Origin: Opitutales bacterium
Lineage (GTDB): Bacteria > Verrucomicrobiota > Verrucomicrobiia > Opitutales > PNEW01
Assembly: GCA_965197745.1 (NCBI GenBank)
Contig: CBDANS010000007.1
Span: 544,001 to 608,000 of the forward strand
Reading direction: 5' to 3'
DNA: 64,000 bases
Positions within the stretch are counted from its first letter, which is position 1, and each line of letters begins with the position of its first letter. Below the pieces are notes generated by a model. The model was not told the DNA's origin and made no database searches. It worked only from the letters and a program-made list of their open reading frames with translations. Both the position numbers and the translations under genes were made by a program. Below, piece after piece: positions 39,923 through 49,931 of the stretch.

Positions 39923-41293
39923 TCATATTATTTTATAAATCCCATAGACACCGATGAGAACAATGACGATAGCGCTGGTCCAGAATGCGGTATCATAAAA
40001 TTTGCTGGGTTTTAGCTGTTCCGAAAGTCTCTTATAACGGAAATGGAACGCGGCGAAGACCACGAGCAGAAGAATAATCGAAGTAGAGACTCCACCGATC
40101 ATGACCATCAGGACCGGTAGTTTTATAAAAAGAAAGAGAAGGGACCAGATTATGGGAAATACCCATGCAAGGATGGCGATGGTCCGCATGCGTATTCTCG
40201 GGTCATAAAAATTAATTAAACCCATTTGACCGAGGGTGTCAGAGAAAACGCGGGTCCATGCCGCGAGGCCCGCAAAAAGCGTCGAGTATAAAACGACAAA
40301 GGCCCCAAGCAAATAAATGGCTTTAGCCTCAGCACCCAAGGTTTTAGTATACATTTCGGAGAGTATTTCAACCATAGCGTATCCCTGGGGAATATTGCTT
40401 TGGGCATGTAAGACGGCGGCACCAAGGAGGTAAAAAGCGGCGGTGACTAAAGTGTAGACCAACATGGCGAGAAGTGCATCGATATACATAACTTTAATCC
40501 AACCCTTCGCTCTATTCGTCCATTCCACTGTATTTTTACGAGGTCCAGTGTAAGTCGCATACCCTTTTTCTATGCACCAATAGTTGTAATACATGATCTC
40601 ATCTCCGCCCACGCCAGTGATACCAAAAGCCGCGATGGCGAAAACAACAGCTTCTGGAGGGAGTTTAAATTGAAGACCTTCAAGGATATTTACCCACGAA
40701 ATCGCGAAGGGAGTATATTGAAGATAGGCCAGCGAGATAAAAGTGAATATCGTAAAAAAGCCGATCATGATGATAGAAAATTTTTCTACGAATTGGTAGT
40801 ACCCGCGAAATACTAACAGTGATACAGAGAAAGCCACTATCCAGGTCCAGAGAGAGACGCTGATCTGATCAAAGGCTATATTCAATGTCAGCGCTACACC
40901 TCCAACGATACCGCCAACCTGCAGAAGCTTAAATATCATCAAAAACAACCACGTGCATATTGACCAGCTTACGACACCCAGTTTTGGTCCGGGCAGCTTG
41001 TTGAGCGATGCCATCGTCGATTCACCGGTATTTATAGCATGCTTACCGAATTCAAGCTGAAGCGCTACTTTTACAAAACAACTGACGAGGATTACCCAGA
41101 AAGTAACAAATCCAGCTCTGGCACCCAGCGTAGTGGTGGCTATCAATTCACCGGATCCTACAATTCCTGCTGATAAAATAAATCCCGGCCCAAGGTATTT
41201 AATCGTTTCCCGCAGAGACTGGGGAGGGTCCTTGACTGTCGAATCAGATATAAGATAGGGATTGGGGTTTTCCCCCACTGGATTCTTGTTCAT
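39923..41293 (-). CDS. Nramp/MntH-superfamily transporter
   Basis: LGPGFILSAGIVGSGEL, FGITGVG, and many transmembrane segments. Confidence 0.85.
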   Translation of the reverse strand: MNKNPVGENPNPYLISDSTVKDPPQSLRETIKYLGPGFILSAGIVGSGELIATTTLGARAGFVTFWVILVSCFVKVALQLEFGKHAINTGESTMASLNKLPGPKLGVVSWSICTWLFLMIFKLLQVGGIVGGVALTLNIAFDQISVSLWTWIVAFSVSLLVFRGYYQFVEKFSIIMIGFFTIFTFISLAYLQYTPFAISWVNILEGLQFKLPPEAVVFAIAAFGITGVGGDEIMYYNYWCIEKGYATYTGPRKNTVEWTNRAKGWIKVMYIDALLAMLVYTLVTAAFYLLGAAVLHAQSNIPQGYAMVEILSEMYTKTLGAEAKAIYLLGAFVVLYSTLFAGLAAWTRVFSDTLGQMGLINFYDPRIRMRTIAILAWVFPIIWSLLFLFIKLPVLMVMIGGVSTSIILLLVVFAAFHFRYKRLSEQLKPSKFYDTAFWTSAIVIVLIGVYGIYKII

Positions 41294-41357
41294 GCAAGCC
41301 TATGATTTCCAATACAAGGCAGTACAGAAAGTTTCTGAGTTAAAGGTGGTGCGAGAA

Positions 41358-41449
41358 AATCTTCGTCTTCGTCTGCCTCTTCGTCACTGAAGTAATTAAT
41401 AAATATGTATGTTACAATTTTTTAGAATTAGATAAAGATGAAGATTTAA
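41358..41449. repeat. Copy of the dispersed AATCTTCGTC repeat with a degenerate inverted partner
   Basis: AATCTTCGTCTTCGTCTGCCTCTTCGTC from 41358, and AAAGATGAAGATT near 41434-41446. Confidence 0.7.
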
Positions 41450-41475
41450 TGCTTATAGATGACGGTATTGGGCAG

Positions 41476-41898
41476 TTAATTATCGACCGGCTCTCTAAGT
41501 GAAAACCAGGGTTCCTCACTGCTCACATCCACCAGCGCCGGTCCGGTGAATATTGCCGGACTGAGAATGGCAAGAAAGACGAGCGCACTATTGCTCGTAT
41601 TATAGGTGCCGTGGACTTTATTGACGGGTATGTGCGCCATCTCACCGGCGCCCAGGATCCGATGATCACGCTCAACCCACTGCTCCGCCTCGCCTTCTAA
41701 AACGTAAATAATTTCTTCCATCGCGGGATGGCGATGAAACGCATGAGCCTTGCCTGGCGGCATATGAACGCGTACGAGAAGCAATCCTTCTGCTTCAGTC
41801 AACCCTGGCCGACACATCCAATGATGAGGGCCCCAGGGCAATTGCTCGACTTGAATATCGTTATTGGAGACAAATCGAAGCAACTGTTCTTTGCTCAT
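41476..41898 (-). CDS. Cupin domain protein
   Basis: HAFHRHP..EEIIYVLEG and HIP....H. The start is taken at MSKEQ (41898). Confidence 0.88.
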   Translation of the reverse strand: MSKEQLLRFVSNNDIQVEQLPWGPHHWMCRPGLTEAEGLLLVRVHMPPGKAHAFHRHPAMEEIIYVLEGEAEQWVERDHRILGAGEMAHIPVNKVHGTYNTSNSALVFLAILSPAIFTGPALVDVSSEEPWFSLREPVDN

Positions 41899-41991
41899 AG
41901 CGGCAGCATATCCCCCTCGACCTTGCAATTGATCGAAGCCGTCCCATCAAGACAGGCGATGGTCTATGCCCTATTCTGAAGAATCTATAAT

Positions 41992-42189
41992 CTACTCAGA
42001 TGCTGAAAAATCTCTATCTTTTACGGTTTTACGGCGGTCTTTGCGTGCATTCTCGATAGCCTGATCGCAGAGGCCTTTCACGATATCAGATAGCGCTGAT
42101 GCCGCGCTTGCGGATGTATTCATTGACGCTTTTTCGCGAACATATTTTTTAAGCTTCGATATGACTACCAATATATCAGAATTACTCAT
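41992..42189 (-). CDS. Bacterial histone-fold protein (Bd0055-like)
   Basis: ILVVISKLKKYVREKASMNTSAS....LS......C..AIENA..D.RKTVKDRDF, a single histone fold with the RKTV..RD signature. A GGAG ribosome-binding site lies upstream. Confidence 0.88.
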   Translation of the reverse strand: MSNSDILVVISKLKKYVREKASMNTSASAASALSDIVKGLCDQAIENARKDRRKTVKDRDFSASE

Positions 42190-42756
42190 GTTTTATCTCC
42201 AATTTTTATTTATTTTATGGATGATTAGGGTTAACTTAATCGTTAATATTATGGCAATAGTATTTTATTGCTCTCTAATTCAATCCCTAGGGGTTTCTCT
42301 GCTTTCAGTCAACCTTTGAGCAAAAATAATTATTCACCTCACTTTTATTCATTTTTGTGAATTTCTCACTTGGTTTAGAATTTATAGATCACCACGTATG
42401 CCCAATGTTCATCGTGAAGGTTACTTATTTTTTGATTCGATGCTGGTTCATGAATGGTATTATTAATAATATTTTTCCTCAAGTTTCTCCCCATGATCTT
42501 TACTGAAGAATATTCCGTTCATATTTTATTGATTCAGAAATATCAATAAATAGTGTCTTTGCTTTATATAAAATTGGGTCATTTACCCAGGGGAAAGGTG
42601 TTTTAAAAGCTTTATTGCTTGATATTAGCGAAAAATCTCTGATAAATTATTATCGTTACGTCCCGAAAGCTAGATTACTATCCCAATCGGCTGTTTAAAG
42701 TACCTGAAGATTTCACGTTTAAAAGAGGTGAAAACAGTCCCATTTTCTGGCTATAA

Positions 42757-45700
42757 ATGAGATTAGATAAAAGATATTTTAAGTTTCTTATACGTGCATT
42801 AACTTTGTTTGCACTATGCTGCTGTTTATCGCCAAAACTTCGGGCGCAAGTATTTGACTGGAACCTCAATGGCAATGGCAACTGGAGTGTGGCCGGCAAC
42901 TGGACACCGGGTGGAGGTCCCCCCAACGCCATCGGTGACACCGCCAACTTTGGAACCGTTAGTACCGGCAACAACCGTAATGTCACGGTAGACATTAATG
43001 TCGTGGTCGGGCAGATGGATTTCTTTCACGACACGAATAACAAAGAATACAATATCATTGGCACCAACACCATCACCTTTGATGTGAGCAGCGGCAATGC
43101 CTCGCTCACTGTGGACATGCAGGACAAGAGCAGAATATTAGCCCCTATAGCCCTCAATGACGACCTCGATTATTTTAACGCCAACACACAGAACTTCCGT
43201 ATCCAGGGAAACATCTCGGGTACGGGGGGAATCACCCACCAGGGAGGACAACTGACTTTTGAAAACGGAGGCACCAATACCTACAGCGGAGACACCGTTG
43301 TCGAAGACGGGACCCTGTCTTTAGATAGAAGCAGTGTCAATGGAGCGATTGACTCAGATCTTACTATAGGTGACGGAGTGGGAGCAGCGGGCAGTGCCAT
43401 TGTCGAATACGCCAATCGCAATGATCAGATCTCTGACACCAGCGCGGTCACGATACTGTCGGATGGACTGCTCGATCTCACCAATGAGGACGAAACGATC
43501 GGGTCGCTCTCCAGTTCGAGCACGGCTGCAGAAGTGCAGTTGGGGACTTCACCACAAGGAACGCTTACCGTGGGCGATGCTACGAATGCGACATTTGACG
43601 GTGTCATTTCGGAGAGTGGCGATATTGTCAAGCAGGGCGACGGGACCTGGACTTTAACCAATAATAACACCTATGACGGGACCACGACGATCAACAATGG
43701 TGTCCTCGAAATCGAAGACGCCAGTGCCCTCGGCGATACCACCAGCGACACAACGGTCAACAGTGGTGGCACCTTAGCCCTCGATACGGGAATCACGGTT
43801 ACAGGAGAAGGCCTCACTTTAAACGGCACCGGAGAGGCTGGCACTGCGGGAGCCTTACAGAACATTTCCGGCACCAACGAATGGCAGGGAGCCGTCGACT
43901 TGGGATCGACTGCCACTATCATTTCACTAGCTGGCAGCATAGATATCAGTGGTGACATTGACAATCAGACATTTGATATTACTGTAGACGGCGCTGGAAA
44001 CACGACTTTCAGTGGTGTTGTATCCGATTCGGGTGATCTGATCAAAGACGGTGCGGGCACGCTCACCATATCAGGCATCAATACCTACACCGGTTCCACT
44101 ACAATTAATAATGGTACTGTAAGTATCAGCGCAGACAGTGGTTTAGGGACAGCGCCAGGAGCGGCAACTCCCGGCCATCTCACCTTTGACGGAGGTACCC
44201 TAAATACAAGTGCCACCTTCTCTCTGGACAGTAATCGGGGAATCACCTTAAATGCAGGAAACGGCACGATCGATACGGATTTTGGAGCGACGTTGACCTA
44301 TGGGGGAATCATTGCCGGGACCGGAGATTTAACTAAGGACGGAACGGGCACGCTCACGCTTTCAGGGGTCAACACTTACACCGGATCGACGACCATCGAT
44401 GGGGGCACCTTAAGCATCAGCGCCGACAGTGGTTTAGGGACAGCCCCCGGAGCGGCCACCCCCGGCCACCTTACCTTTGACGGAGGCACGCTTAATACCA
44501 CTGCTACCTTCACTTTAGACAGCAACCGTGGAATCGCCTTAAACGCGGGCGGCGGAACAATTGAAACCGATGCTGCCACGACGTTGACCTACGGGGGAAT
44601 GATGGCCGGCACGGGAAGCTTCGATAAGACCGGTACGGGGACCCTGTCCTGGATGGCGTCAATACTTACACCGGCACGACCACGGTGCAGGCGGGGACCC
44701 TCGAGGTCACCGATCCGAGCGCCCTGGGCGGCACCGGCAGTGGGACCGTGGTCCAGTCCGGAGCGACGCTGGAGGTATCTACCATAGCCGCGAACATGTC
44801 AGCGGAGCCATTGACCATCAATGGCACCGGAGTGGGCGGCGTAGGCGCGCTGTATTGGACCGATGTAGGATTTGATGAATGGACCGGAGACATCAACCCT
44901 CGGCTCCAATGCCACGATCACTAATGCTGCGGGAGGGATCATGCCCATCAGTGGGAATATTGATCTGAACGGAAGCACGCTGACCGTTGATACCGGTGAT
45001 TTAGCCGGGATGGTTTCAGGTTCAGTGATCAGTGGAACAGGTAATTTTGTAAAAGATGGCACGAGCACCTGGTTTGTCCAGGGAGGGACTAATACCTACA
45101 CCGGATCAACGACCATTAACGACGGGACCATGAATCTGAACGTAGCCGGTGGATCCTCTGTTCCCGGAGCCCTGGTCATTGGTGACGGCGTGGGGGCAAC
45201 CGGATCAGCCATTGCCTTTGTCGGCAGCAGCGAACAGATCGCTGACACCTTGGCAGCGACCATCGATTCTGACGGACGCCTCGACGTAAACAGTTTCAGT
45301 GAAACGATCGGTTCCTTAAGCAGCGGCAGTGCCACGGCCCAGGTCTTCCTCGATGCGGGGACCCTGACCGTAGGAGATGCCACGAGCACCACTTTTGCGG
45401 GCGTAATCTCGGAGACCGGAGACCTTGTGAAAGAGGGCACGGGCACCTTGACCTTAACCGGCACGAACAGTTTCAGCGGAGACACCACGGTCAATGCGGG
45501 AACCCTGGAACTGAACAACGGAGCGGGCAATGCCCTCGACGGCACGGCAACAGTGATCATCACCGGGGGCAGTTTGCTCTTAAGTGGTGATGACCAGGTC
45601 GTGGACACCGCGAACATGGAATTGGATGGAGGGATCTTTGACAGCGACGGTTTCGATGAAGTGTTGGGAACGCTTACCCTGTCCTCGGACTCGTCAATCG

Positions 45701-46059
45701 ATTTAGGCACCGGAACAAGCATTATAGACTTTGACGACAGCAGCGGGTTGGAACTGGCGTGGACGGACTCGGGACAGATACTGTCAATACTGGACTACAC
45801 CGGTGACACCAACGGGGGAGGCATCGACCAGATTATATTTGGATCGGCGGGGTTGACCGACTCGCAGTTAGCGCAGATAAGGTTCGTCAATCCGTGGGGA
45901 ACGAGTAAGACCTTTCACGCGCGTTTTCAAGGGGACGAGATCGTTCCTGTCCCCGAAACCTCGACTTACCTCTACGGTGGCTTGATCCTAACCCTCATCG
46001 GTTGGCGTGAACGCCACCGCTTGTCTGGTTGGATAAAAAAAATTCAGACTCGAAGGTAG
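42757..46059 (+). pseudogene. Autotransporter-associated beta-strand repeat surface protein with a PEP-CTERM-like tail, broken by two compensating frameshifts (or sequence errors)
   Basis: Signal peptide, repeated [21 protein letters not shown] and the tail [24 protein letters not shown]. The repeat pattern moves to another frame at about 44647 and returns at about 44895. Confidence 0.8.
44047..44628 (+). repeat. Intragenic tandem duplication, 2 x 291 bp (97 aa)
   Basis: SISADSGLGTAPGAATPGHLTFDGGTLNT occurs twice, with units starting at 44047 and 44338. Confidence 0.9.
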
Positions 46060-46066
46060 ATTACGT

Positions 46067-47098
46067 TTAATCTTTCCACTTAAATATTACACCGAGCATT
46101 GATTTTTCTCTATTGAAGGCCATTTCATAGGCCTTTTTCATCTCAGTATATTGAAATTGATGGGTGATAAGACGCTTGGGTTCAAGAAGGCCATCGGCCA
46201 TTAAGGATAGCATATGAGCGCAGGCTCGATCTGCCGAAAAGCGTTCAACATCGAGTTCACGATGACCACTTTCATCAGGATATAAATAGCCAGCAGGACC
46301 AGAAACTGCGATGAGAGATATACCTTTAAAATAAAAGAGTTCTGTAGGTAACGGATTGTCTTCGAGAGGTGGTTCACCGCGACCGAGGAGACTGACATTT
46401 GAAATGCGACCATTGGGACGAACAATTTCTAAAGCCGTTCGCAATGCAGGCCAGGGATTAGCCGCGAGTATTACGAGATCGATCCCTTCTCCATTTGTAA
46501 AAGTGTCTAATTCTTGTTTCAAATTCGGATCATCTGACAAATAAGTTGCATGAGCCCCCATGCGATCAGCCATTTCCAGTCGAGCTGGGCTGTTGCCTAA
46601 CCCCACAACCCGTCCTCCAAAGAGTGGACCCAGGGCAATTGCTCCCAGGCCGAGGACCCCTAACCCGATGACGGCTACATTTTCCCCGGCGCGAAACTGC
46701 GCCTTGTGATAACAATGAGCACTGAGTCCGTAGAGATGAGCATAGACTGCGTCCTCGGAATGAACGTTATGAGGGACCTTGACGATGCTTGCTGACAGGT
46801 TGGTTATGTACTCGGATTGATGATGTTGCCGGGTTACCACGCGATCGCCGATTTTAAAGCGGGTAACATTACTTCCAATGCCTCTTACAATTCCCAAATT
46901 ACTATCCCCCACTGAACGGGGATACATGGGGACTCCGGGAGTATATTCAGCACCTTCGTAATTACCTCGATCAGTCCCAATCTTAAAAGCGCTTATTTCT
47001 GTTTCAATCCAGAGTTCGTCCGGTTTAAGATTACTGGTATCAAGATCCTCTTCAACCAATTGCAGGTCCCGAGGACCATAAAGCATAGCGATTTTCAT
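46067..47098 (-). CDS. Medium-chain dehydrogenase/reductase family oxidoreductase
   Basis: GroES-like N-terminus, VAVIGLGVLG Rossmann motif, GIDLVI and LITHQF. Confidence 0.85.
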   Translation of the reverse strand: MKIAMLYGPRDLQLVEEDLDTSNLKPDELWIETEISAFKIGTDRGNYEGAEYTPGVPMYPRSVGDSNLGIVRGIGSNVTRFKIGDRVVTRQHHQSEYITNLSASIVKVPHNVHSEDAVYAHLYGLSAHCYHKAQFRAGENVAVIGLGVLGLGAIALGPLFGGRVVGLGNSPARLEMADRMGAHATYLSDDPNLKQELDTFTNGEGIDLVILAANPWPALRTALEIVRPNGRISNVSLLGRGEPPLEDNPLPTELFYFKGISLIAVSGPAGYLYPDESGHRELDVERFSADRACAHMLSLMADGLLEPKRLITHQFQYTEMKKAYEMAFNREKSMLGVIFKWKD

Positions 47099-47127
47099 AG
47101 AATTATATTAGCGATTAAACAGTACCG

Positions 47128-49713
47128 CTATTTCTTATCTTTGGCACGAATTGTTTTTGTTCTTTTCTTCAAATCTTTCACTGCCTGCCTGTTACCCATA
47201 GCTTTGTGAAGGTTTATCATTAAGTCCAAGACATTTAATAATTTAAGGCTTTCATTGCCGAAATGTTTTTCCTTGATATCCAGAGAACGTTTGAGCAGAC
47301 GTTCAGTATTGGCATAATCTTCCATGGTGTAATACAATTCCGCAATTTTATATAATGATTCCGCGGTTTTAGGGTGGTCAGATCCGAGGGCTTTTTCATT
47401 TAAGGCCAGCGCCCGATTATGCATTTTTTCTGCTTCGTCATATCTTTTCATAGAACTATAGAGTCCCGCTAGATCATGCAGAATTAACGCCACCTGAGGG
47501 TGCTCGGGTCCAAGAGCATTTTCTTCAATGTCCAGCGCTCGTTTATACAGGCGTTCAGCTTTTTTATAATTACTCTGAATTTTATATAAATCAGCCAGAT
47601 TGTGGAGTGATGACGCGACCTGGACATGGTCAGGACCCAAGGCTTTTTCTAAAATCGAAAGTGAACGCAGAAATAGAGGTTCGGCTTCTATATAATTACC
47701 CTCGGATGATAAATGTTCGCCTAAATCATTAAGTGATTTAGCGACAAATGGAAATTTAGTGCTTTGTGATTTTTCTTCCAGCATGAGGGTCTTGTTATAA
47801 GCAGCCTCTGCCTCAGCATATCTACCCTGATTGGAATAGATAATTGCCAGTTTATTTACAATGAAAGTAACTTCTGCGCTTTCAGGCCCAATCGATTTTT
47901 CGAAAATTGCCAGCGCTCGATTAAACAAGGATTCAGCTTCATCATATTTCCGTTGGCTTTTATAAAGATCGGCCAATTCATTTAAGGTTTTCCCTATTTC
48001 GGGATGGTCAGGACCTAAAGATTTTTCTTCTATCAAGAGAGCACGATTGAAAAGGGGCTCTGCCTGGCTGAATTTATTCTGATCTTTATAAAGACTTGCC
48101 AATCGTTCTAATGTTCTCCCTACTTCAGAATGTTGAGAATCGTAAGCATTTTCAATTATCGTTAAGGCACGATTTAATAACGGTTCAGCCTCGGAATACC
48201 TTTCCTGTAATACGTAAAATTCGGCCAGTTTGATCAGCGATTCACCTACTTCAGGATCATACCGTTTATGGATTTTTTCTCTAAAGTCGAGGGCCTGTTT
48301 ATAAAGGTTTTCGGCAATTTCATAGTCACCTTTGGCATTATTCAACGCCGCTAAGTCACTTAAGGATTGCGCCACTAGTGGGTGATTGGGCCCATAGGTT
48401 TTTTCTCTTATATTCTGTACTCGTTTAAGGAGTTGCTCAGCTTCTCCATATTTCTCCTGGAAAGAATAAAGAGCGGCTAATTTATCAAGGGGTATAGTGA
48501 TCTGAGGATGATTAGATCCCAGAGCATTCTCTAATATACCCAGTGAACGTTGATAAAGGAGCTCAGAGGAGGAATACTTTGCTTGATTAAAATAAACTTC
48601 AGCCAATTCATTCACATAAATAACGCAGTCGGGATGGTCCGGCCCGAAAGTATTTTCGGCAATGGACAAACCTCGTTTTAAAAGGGGCTCAGCTTGATCA
48701 AATTTGCCTTCAATAGAATAAAGTTCAGCTAAATTTTTTAGAAAAGCTGCAACCGATGGATGTTCCTGACCAAGCTTCGTCTCCAGTAAAATAAGTGCTC
48801 GCTTATAATACTGTTCAGCCTCGCTATAACGGCCTTGAATTTTATAAAGATCTGCCATGTTATTTAAGGAAGCTCCTACATCGGGATGGTTGGTGCCCAG
48901 CGTTTTCTCTCTAATTTCCAAAGCCCGTATATGGAGATGCTCTGCTTCAGTATACTCTCCCTGGGCTTTGTAGAGTTCGGCTATGTTATTGAAAGATTGT
49001 CCGACATCCGGATGCATCGATCCCAATGCTTTTTCTCTAATCGCCAATGCCCGTGTGAAATACGGTTCCGCTTCCGTATACTTTCCCTGGTAAAATAAAA
49101 TACCAGCAAGATTATTATAGGAGTTTGCCAACTTCAGGTGGTCGGGTCCAAGCGCCATTTCTTCTATAATCAGAGCGCGTTTGAAAAGCGGTTCTGCCTC
49201 GGTGTATTTACCTTGATCTTTATATAATTCTGCCAGGTTGTAGATTGATTGTCCGATATCGGGGTGTTTGGGGTCATGCGCTTTTTCCCTGATCGCCAGG
49301 GCGCGTATGAGGAGGGGTTCCGCTTTAGCATAGTTTCTTTGCATCCTGTAAAGTTCTCCTAAATTGTTCATCGATTGGGCCACAAAAGGATGATCGGGCC
49401 CGAGAATCTTTTCTCTCAAGCGCAGTGCTTGTTTATGATAATTCTCTGCTTCGTCATATCTACCGATAGAAAAATAAAATACACCCAGATTATTCAGCGC
49501 TGTAGCCACTCTGGGGTGTTCCGGCCCGAATGTTTCTTTAGCAACTTTTAGAACTTCCTTGGTTACTTTTATCGCTTCGGTATGCTTCCCCTGCTGATAT
49601 AGGGACACCGCCTGGGTATTTAGCTGTTCCCACAATGATTCCTGGGCATGGGAAGACACTGAAAACAATAAAAGGAGAACTGTAAATATTCCCTTAAATT
49701 CTCGCGCCTTCAT
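47128..49713 (-). CDS. Exported tetratricopeptide repeat protein (42-aa kinesin-light-chain-type repeats)
   Basis: Signal peptide followed by serial GPDHP.VA.SLNNLA.LY..QG.Y.EAEPL..RAL.I.EK units. Confidence 0.92.
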   Translation of the reverse strand: MKAREFKGIFTVLLLLFSVSSHAQESLWEQLNTQAVSLYQQGKHTEAIKVTKEVLKVAKETFGPEHPRVATALNNLGVFYFSIGRYDEAENYHKQALRLREKILGPDHPFVAQSMNNLGELYRMQRNYAKAEPLLIRALAIREKAHDPKHPDIGQSIYNLAELYKDQGKYTEAEPLFKRALIIEEMALGPDHLKLANSYNNLAGILFYQGKYTEAEPYFTRALAIREKALGSMHPDVGQSFNNIAELYKAQGEYTEAEHLHIRALEIREKTLGTNHPDVGASLNNMADLYKIQGRYSEAEQYYKRALILLETKLGQEHPSVAAFLKNLAELYSIEGKFDQAEPLLKRGLSIAENTFGPDHPDCVIYVNELAEVYFNQAKYSSSELLYQRSLGILENALGSNHPQITIPLDKLAALYSFQEKYGEAEQLLKRVQNIREKTYGPNHPLVAQSLSDLAALNNAKGDYEIAENLYKQALDFREKIHKRYDPEVGESLIKLAEFYVLQERYSEAEPLLNRALTIIENAYDSQHSEVGRTLERLASLYKDQNKFSQAEPLFNRALLIEEKSLGPDHPEIGKTLNELADLYKSQRKYDEAESLFNRALAIFEKSIGPESAEVTFIVNKLAIIYSNQGRYAEAEAAYNKTLMLEEKSQSTKFPFVAKSLNDLGEHLSSEGNYIEAEPLFLRSLSILEKALGPDHVQVASSLHNLADLYKIQSNYKKAERLYKRALDIEENALGPEHPQVALILHDLAGLYSSMKRYDEAEKMHNRALALNEKALGSDHPKTAESLYKIAELYYTMEDYANTERLLKRSLDIKEKHFGNESLKLLNVLDLMINLHKAMGNRQAVKDLKKRTKTIRAKDKK

Positions 49714-49931
49714 TGATTTCTATATACTTTATAGGCGGATTAAGAGGAGAGAAAATAAAAAAAGTCTGCATAAAATTAAATTTCAGTCAGTCAAGTAGTT
49801 TACTTTAAAGATCACAAGTAAAATGCCGGCTCAACCTATGGAGAACTTCAGGATACGGGTCTCAAGAGGAAGGTTATTGCTTAAAATTATTCGAGTATAA
49901 TCACTCCAATCAATTACAAAAAATGGATTCT

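Noticed and set aside
44047..44628. Diversity-generating retroelement template/variable repeat pair
   Set aside because: It is an in-frame tandem domain duplication, the differences are not limited to adenines, and no reverse transcriptase is present.
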